Origin: Chrysomallon squamiferum | Lineage: Eukaryota > Animalia > Mollusca | Assembly (NCBI GenBank): GCA_012295275.1 | Contig: CM022677.1 | Location: forward strand, 15,748,001 to 15,812,000 | Length of the DNA stretch: 64,000 bases | Direction: 5' to 3' | Part shown: positions 56,990-64,000 of the stretch, in pieces | How the letters are laid out: each line of letters begins with the position of its first letter | Position numbering within the stretch: position 1 is the first letter of the stretch | Translations under genes and position numbers: made by a program | The notes under the pieces: model-generated | Told to the model about the DNA's origin: nothing | What the model saw: only the letters and a program-made list of their open reading frames with translations | The model's database searches: none

Positions 56990-57758
56990 GTCAAAACCGC
57001 ATGATTCATTGAGACCAACGTGATACACCGTTTTAGACAGAGAGCTTTTTCTAAAGATTAAAATAACATAAAACTGGAATATTGTTTTTTTTATTACAAA
57101 TGTTAATGGTCTATCAGTTGTCAGAGGATAAACAGTCTGTCATTGATGACTGCGTTTTTTTGGGGGGGGTTGTGCCTTTTTTAGTTAGGTTTTTTTTTTC
57201 GTATTTCTTTGTCTGTCATGGCCTCCAAGTTTACCATTAATTGCAGAATCTCTTCTTTAGCAGGCTTAAGAATTAAAAGCGGATTTTTGATATTCAAATG
57301 ATGTGGCTGTCGTACTTTAATAACGTCTTCACCACAACAGAGAGCATCGAAAGTTGTTTTTTCTTTAACTCTGCCATTTTTTCTCTTTCCTTTCCAAATT
57401 TTGATATACTTGAATACTTTTTTCTTCTGTTCGGAGCACATTCTAGTCCACGAGCTAACATTAACTGTTCATTTGTCAAATTTAAAACTTGCTCTATCTG
57501 TCCCGCTAATTCTCTACCGTGTATGTCACGAAGTTCTAATCGAGATACGATGTGAATTTTTTCTGTTCTTACTTTTTCGAGACTTATCGTCCTCCAGATA
57601 TGCATATATTTGTATTTTTTCATTTTGTAGGCAAGGCGACCTAACTGATAACAGTCTTCTGCTGATAATCTCTGTATATATCGTTCATATATATAAAACC
57701 TGCTAATCTTGTCGCATTTAATTTGTACATGTCTTGAAGTCGAAACACAGCTGCAGAC
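56990..57758 (-). pseudogene. P4HA: Intronless prolyl 4-hydroxylase alpha pseudogene fragment
   Basis: Across frameshifts: AAVFRLQDMYKLNATRLAG / LSAEDCYQLGRLAY..Y..W / EKTTFDALCCGE..KNPLLILKPAKEE..MTDKEI, colinear with P4HA1 ALLRLQDTY, LTAEDCFELGKVAY, YEMLCRGE, NPKFILAPAKQE. Weak below 57190. Confidence 0.88.
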
Positions 57759-57828
57759 AAAAAAGAAAACAAAAACACTCCTCAAGAAAAAAAATATAAC
57801 AGATTAAAATGTGCATTACAGCTGTCAT

Positions 57829-57925
57829 TTAGAAGTGGCGCACTTCTTAAGTTAAGAAGATTTTGAAGTGTTGTCTGCAGTTGTTCTGTTTCTTCTTCAA
57901 AACACATAAAATTAGATGTCACTAC
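57829..57925 (+). pseudogene. P4HA: Short P4HA N-terminal-domain piece, head-to-head with the main fragment
   Basis: AHFLS*EDFEVLSAVVLFLLQNT*N resembles YFPNDEDQVGAAKALLRLQDTYN and is nucleotide-similar to ~57705-57758 inverted. Confidence 0.55.
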
Positions 57926-58174
57926 TTCTTAATCGTTTATGCAAACTCACCATGTTCAGACATTTTATGACATTTCTATTTTTTATTATGCTATTCCACA
58001 TTTTTTATTTTTTTATTTTATTTTATGAATATGTTTGAATAAATGTCAGTTTTAATTGATACAAAATGTTTTTATCCAGAATCATTACAGTTTATTTCAT
58101 TTCTATTTTTCTTTTTCTTTTTCATTCTTTCTCTCTGTAGCGGACCTTATTCTGCGAAATATGAAGAATTTCCT

Positions 58175-58710
58175 CTTAAGTAAATAAATACTGTATTGTG
58201 ATATTAGCAGTATTAAGTAAATAAATACTGTACAGTAACGATATTAGAAGCATTAAGTAAATAAATACTGAACAGAAAAAATGATATTAGCAGCATTAAG
58301 TAAATAAATACTGTACAGTCACGTGATATGAGCAGCATTAACTAAATAACGTGATATTATCAGAGATAAGTAAATAAATACTGTGCAGTAAAGTGATATT
58401 AGCAGTAGTAAAAAAAAGCGGTATTAAGTAAATAAATACTGTACAGTAATGTAACATTATATGTAATGTTATATTAGCAGTATTAAGTAAATAAATACTG
58501 TACACGAAAGTGATATTTGGAGCGTTAACTAAACAAACTCTGTATAGTAACGTGATAGTAGCAGTATTAAGTAAATAAATACTGAACCATAACGTAATAG
58601 TAGCAGAAATTAAGCAAAATAAATATGTACAGTAACGCGATATTCAGTAAATAAAAACTGTGACGTGGTATTAAGTAAAGAAATACTGTACAGTGACGTA
58701 TGATATTAAC
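58175..58710. repeat. Minisatellite, about 13 units of ~42 bp
   Basis: Consensus attaagtaaataaatactgtacagtaacgtgatattagcagc. Confidence 0.95.
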
Positions 58711-58774
58711 CAAGACGTTAATACTGGAACAATTTTGTTTTTATTTATTTTTTTATTTTTGGGGGGGATTGTTT

Positions 58775-59023
58775 ATGCAGAAAAATGCGGGATGATTGTC
58801 GGTCTTTATGGATTTACGTTTTTATTTAATGTTCGAAGAATTTTCTACAGAATTGGTGTAATCGCATTAAAACAGTCGTTTAAAGTATTTCATTTTGTGA
58901 AGGAGACAGGTATTATTATTTATTATTATAAATGTTAATGTGTTTGGATTTTTTTCGTTTTATTTAATTATAGTTTAAAAGTCATAGACAACTGATGGCA
59001 GCCATATTATTTGAGAACAATAT

Positions 59024-59054
<31 letters not shown>

Positions 59055-59296
59055 TAATTTTTTCAAATAACGACACTCGATTAATAATTACATTCACCAG
59101 TGGTTGTACTAATGTGAACAACATAAACAACATCATGATGTATCTGCAAATTTTGAGTGGCCAGTAATGAAATTTGTTTTAAAATAAATTGACTTGTGTA
59201 GCACACACCAAAGGAAACACCAAAACAACTCACAGAGAATTTAAAATTATTATTATTATTATTGTTATTGTTATTGTTATTGTTATTATTTATTTT

Positions 59297-59332
<36 letters not shown>

Positions 59333-61332
59333 TTGAAATAACTAATAAAACTATTAAAAGAAAATATGCTAATTTTGTTTGACAGGTCAGTTTATTTATG
59401 ATTTATTATTTTTAAAGATTTAGGTTAAATTGCTGACTTGTTCTATAATTATTAAACATATTAAACTTTATAATGGGTGGGTCCCTAAATGCTTTCATAT
59501 TATTTAAGCAAAATACCTGTGTAGCTCTATGTTAACACTAAAAACAAATAAAGATGAATACAAATTTAAGAAATACATGACCAGGTTATTTCATATGTAG
59601 ATGATGCTATAAAATATTAATAAAATTATTTATAAAAAAAATATTTAACACAGACAAATAAACACTTAAATAATTTGTTATCCTGTTCTTTGTTTCTCTT
59701 CTTTTCTTAATGGTGAATTTTAATTTATTTATTTACACTTTGTTTTGTTTTGTTGTAATTCCTTCTTTTTCATCTTCTTCTTCTCTTATTATTATTACTA
59801 TATTTTATTATTATTATTATGTTTTATTTTTATTATTATTTTTTTGTAATCTTTATTATTATTATCCATTTTATTTTTCATATCATTACTAATAATTGTT
59901 TATTTTTTATGTTTTCTAGGTCATGTGGAGAAAATGTTCCAAATGAATTTAAAGAATGGTTCTGTAAAAAATCAGATGTGAGTGAAATATTTTATAAATT
60001 TCTCATCCAGCTACACAGTCATTGATCAGTATCATACTGTAGAGTGCAAGTGCTGCTGGAATACTATAATATGATATACCGATGGTTTACATGCATCAAC
60101 AGGAACAAGACGAAAAGGGCAGAGCACCATTGAAGTCTGCTTTTTTGTGAAAACAAGCTGATGCTGGTAAAAACACTTCATCTGCTATGCTGCAAAACAA
60201 AAAACTAGGCAGACGACTGCGATGGCAAAAATAACAGATTTCACCTGCTGCTCTGAGAATGAAGCTGGATGTGAAGATAAAGAAAAGAGAGAGAAGAAAA
60301 CAGAGGCTGTAGCTGCAGCAGAACAAGATGAGACAGAGACTTGGGAAGGCAACATTCATAAGTGATATCTCGCCACATTGACAGTTTGAATGAACGGGCT
60401 AGTCCTGTACCTGATTCAGATAACAGAGTGAGACCAATAACCCAGGTCCCAGTCCCCTACAATCATAAAAATCCAGGCCATTTTCATGAAAAAGGATACA
60501 AGAGACTAATGATAATGTGAGTCAACAGTCTGGTGCCAAGTTATGTCAGACCTCTGTTAGAATGTTTTCAGAAACCTCTTTACAGTGGTAGGGTATGTTC
60601 GTTTATTAGTTTATATATATACATATATATATTTATGTGTGTGAGAGAGAAATGTAGATTGTTAAATATTTTGTAGGTCATTGCAGTATTGTTCAGTTGC
60701 TGGCTAGAAAGGGAATTTATGTTATGGAGAAGGATGAATCAGCTTAGATATAAAATAAGTTTTATAGCAACAGCTCTTTACTGACTGTAAAATAGCATAA
60801 TAATAATAATTTGTTTCCTGTTGATTTGTTAATTATTTAAATTAATACCATTATCATCATTATCATTATAATGATTATACAAAGTACATCAAAAATATCC
60901 CACACCCTTTTGTGTCTGAATAATTTGTACCAGTAAAATTTAAATTTTAATAAAAACAGAAACATTATTTATTTATTTATAACAGTTTATTATTTTTATT
61001 ATTTTATTTTTATTTTTTTCAGAATGCACATACAGCTCTAATTGATGTGCTGATGTTGGCTAGTGAAGCTGTTTCAGCAGAAGGTGCTGTCCAGCACTGA
61101 GGATAAAGTGTGTACTGTTACCACTGGAAAAGAGAAAAAAACAACAAAACTGAACAGGTGAATTTGAGTTTGTTTTCTTATGTATTTCTCATTATTCTGA
61201 ACCTAAGGCAGTTTAATTTAAATTAATGTAGGAGGTTGGATTTTGTAACATGTACCAGTAAGTACACATGCACATACATTAGAATCTTGTATCATATACT
61301 GCATTTTAATTCATGTTTTCTCTCTCTCTCTC

Positions 61333-61375
<43 letters not shown>

Positions 61376-62094
61376 CTTCCTTTCATATAAACCTGATTAT
61401 TTTGTTGTAAATTTCTACATTTTAAAACAAAAGAAGAAGCAGCATCATATTTTATGAGTATTTAACATTTTTTTAGCTTTCCTGTTACCAGATGGAACTG
61501 TCAGCCTTCACACAGTGTCACTGTTCCTGTGATAACAGACACACTAAAATACATTGGAGATGGATGTACTGTAGCTGTTGTCTATATTTATGTTGTCTGC
61601 AGTCTCTCAATTTTCATGGTTTGTTTAATAATGTTTGTAAACAAAATAATGAATCAGGTTGTTAAATATATGAGTCTCAATAACTAGTTAATCAAGAAAA
61701 TTCATATTATAATATTAGTTCTGGTTTTCTTTTTTGTTTTTGAATATGATATGTATGTAAGTATTTTGTTCTCTCTCTCTCTCTCTCTACAGGAGTAATA
61801 ATGTAATTTTAGTAATAGGAATATTATTTCAATAACAGTAATCCTAGTTGAATAAGAAATAATAGTAAATAGTAATTATAGTAATGATGGCTATACAAAT
61901 AGTATAGTAGTATTGCAGTAAATGTAGTATTTTATATTTTTTACAGTATTTTGTTTATTTATTTATTAATTTATTTACTCAGACTAGGCATCCACATATC
62001 TGACAACTCTTGTCCAATGTCAGTAATGTACTAAACTGAACAAGGAGCAGCTCAAGTCTCCAGTAGAGTTGAAGTATTTGGTGCTGTCCAGCAG
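58775..62094 (+). pseudogene. Second copy of the 9.5-13 kb block with decayed Lys/Arg-rich exons
   Basis: Exon-like segments ~59921-60587, 61023-61157, 61989-62094 with stops; colinear with 9495-13050. Confidence 0.5.
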
Positions 62095-63050
62095 GTATTT
62101 AATTACATTATTCATTATAAACCTTTCCATTTTATTTCAGTTTTAAATAATTCTATGCAAAATATTTTCTCTTATACTGAATTAAACCATGCATTTGAAA
62201 AGATAATACCTTTGTATTTTTGTAAAATGATGCACTGAAAATGAATAGAATCAATGTAATAATTTGCAGGACAGCCTAATAGAGTAGTGAGCAGAACATT
62301 TGTTCAAATTTGTAATTTGATGTTATTAATATCTCATTCTAATCTGAAATCCATACATGTAATACTTTACGTGGGCTAAAGATATTTACATTATTTTGAA
62401 ATTTATTAGACGGATGGAATTTTGGTGGATTTGAAAGGTTGTAATTTGAAAGATGCATAAATTGGCTTGAAAGATTTAGCTTCTTTTGTTATTTTGTCAT
62501 ATGCATGTTTAATGTTTTCTTTGTTTTAAATACATTTTAAAAATACCACTGTGATTCATTATTGAACTGTTAGCTGAATGCTAGGATAATTTATAAGACA
62601 AAATATATTTCATTAATGGCAAAATTTAAATTACATTAAAGTGGCAGGAAAGAATATTACAATTAAATGTTTTAATTAATCAAATAATTTGTTATTAAGA
62701 ATTGTTAAAGGTTACTTACTGTCTAATACAATAGCTGTATAGGTTAAAAATGTTTACTTAATATTCCTGACAGTCTTCTTAAACTGGTCTAAAAGTCTAA
62801 AACACAGTGTAAATATCAAATTTTACCAAGTTACAGAAGTATTCAAATATATTAAAACATATTTTCATAATCTCTTTTATTGATGTATTGCTATTTTAAT
62901 CCTTTTATATAAAAGTTAAATGTACATGGAAAAAATAAAAAAATGTGGATTAAAACTTTTCTTGCTAAGAGAGTGAACTGCAGTTAGAGCTGACAACAAA
63001 AATACTACTTTTATGATTAGTTTATTAATGAATATCATATTTTGTTGTAG

Positions 63051-63439
63051 GATCCTAGACAACAGATTCAAGCTGCCTTAGCCAGCACTTCAGTTGAAAA
63101 TGATGTAAGACCCATTTTCAGGAGAGGTTCACTAAAGCACCAGAATGCTATTACATCACAGTCTTCCCTGTCCAGAGAAAGCTCAAGACTTTCAAGAGAA
63201 AATCTGTCTGAAATGTAATTTGAATTTTGATAACTCAGTGATCTTCAAGAAACTACATTGTCAATGTGATCAGAACATCCAGTGTACACATTGTACTTCA
63301 TAGCAGCTTGCACTGTTTTTATCATTGATCTGTGCTTGGTTATTCTAATTTTTCTCACTGAAAGAGGAATGGAGATTCATCACTGCTATGGAATGCCATC
63401 TTTGTAAATCAGCTAAAATTAATGTTATAGTGCATAGAG
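63051..63439 (+). pseudogene. Family copy 6: exon with death-domain-like end plus an eight-Cys HOIP-RING1-like finger
   Basis: AG/GT exon: DPRQQIQAALASTSVENDVRPIF, then in one frame 63205-63405 CLKC..LHCQC..CTHC..LKEEWRFITAMECHLC with two stops. The exon end (tgcatag..|gt) resembles that of 30948-30683. Confidence 0.6.
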
Positions 63440-63454
63440 GTGTTAGTATTTTTA

Positions 63455-63546
63455 TATTATTTAAATCAGGGGAAAATGAAGGGTTTGCTGGCAGGGTATC
63501 AGTGTGTAAATATATTTAAAATTTTGTAATTAAGGGTTTGATTATA

Positions 63547-63588
<42 letters not shown>

Positions 63589-64000
63589 TTATTTTATGTT
63601 TTTATTTTATATATTATTTAAATTGGTGGAAAATCAAGGGTTTGCTGAGGGTAATCAATGTAAATATAATTGAAGATTGTCTAATTAGGGGTAGTCAGAA
63701 TTTTTTTTTTTTAAAAACCAATCAAACAAAAAGAAACAATTTAATTTCTTTATATTATTTAAATCGGGGAAAATCAACGTTTTGCTGGGGATAATCAACG
63801 TAAATTGAAAATTATGTAATTAGGGTAATTAGAATTCTTTTATAAAAAACCAACATAACTTTATTTTCTTATTTAAATCCGGGGAAAATCAAGGGTTTGC
63901 TGGAGGTATATAATTGAAGATTATGTAATTAGGGGTAATTAGAATTTTTTAATAAAAGAACAACAACATTATTATTTTTTATTTACTATTTAAATCAGGG
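63455..64000. repeat. Tandem repeat of ~120-150 bp, four or more units, running off the window
   Basis: Recurring ttatttaaatc.ggggaaaatcaagggtttgctgg..tgtaattaggggtaattagaatt. Confidence 0.9.

Noticed and set aside
58175-58710. CRISPR-like array (conserved ttaagtaaataaatactg with variable intervals)
   Set aside because: The intervals are variants of one sequence rather than unique spacers, there are no cas genes, and the context is eukaryotic; it is a minisatellite.
2728-61457. Most short ORFs in the supplied track (SLSLSL, THTHTH, IIIII, YLSI types)
   Set aside because: They are translations of microsatellites and AT-rich low-complexity DNA.
63051-63220. G2E3-like HECT protein N-terminus (VENDVRPIF)
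   Set aside because: No following G2E3/HECT motifs; the exon continues into an eight-Cys finger instead.

Overview
Very AT-rich, microsatellite-rich animal genomic DNA with no intact protein-coding gene, rRNA, tRNA or CRISPR array that I can support. It is a patchwork of decayed transposons (Gypsy pol relic, probable solo LTR, near-full Tigger4/Jerky-like pogo element, pogo-PHD deletion derivative, hAT and GGG..CCC non-autonomous elements, mariner and I/Nimb LINE fragments), satellites, and diverged direct and inverted segmental duplications. It also holds intronless prolyl 4-hydroxylase alpha pseudogene pieces. The main discovery candidate, read by hand from splice-site-bounded exons that the ORF track mostly misses, is about six decayed paralogous fragments of one multi-exon gene family. 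Their inferred architecture is ZU5-UPA-death domain followed, in the same exon as the end of the death domain, by a HOIP/RNF31-RING1-like zinc finger, with a TSG101-like UEV exon in one copy. All domain calls come from manual translation across stops and frameshifts and need HMM confirmation. Many coordinates are approximate.
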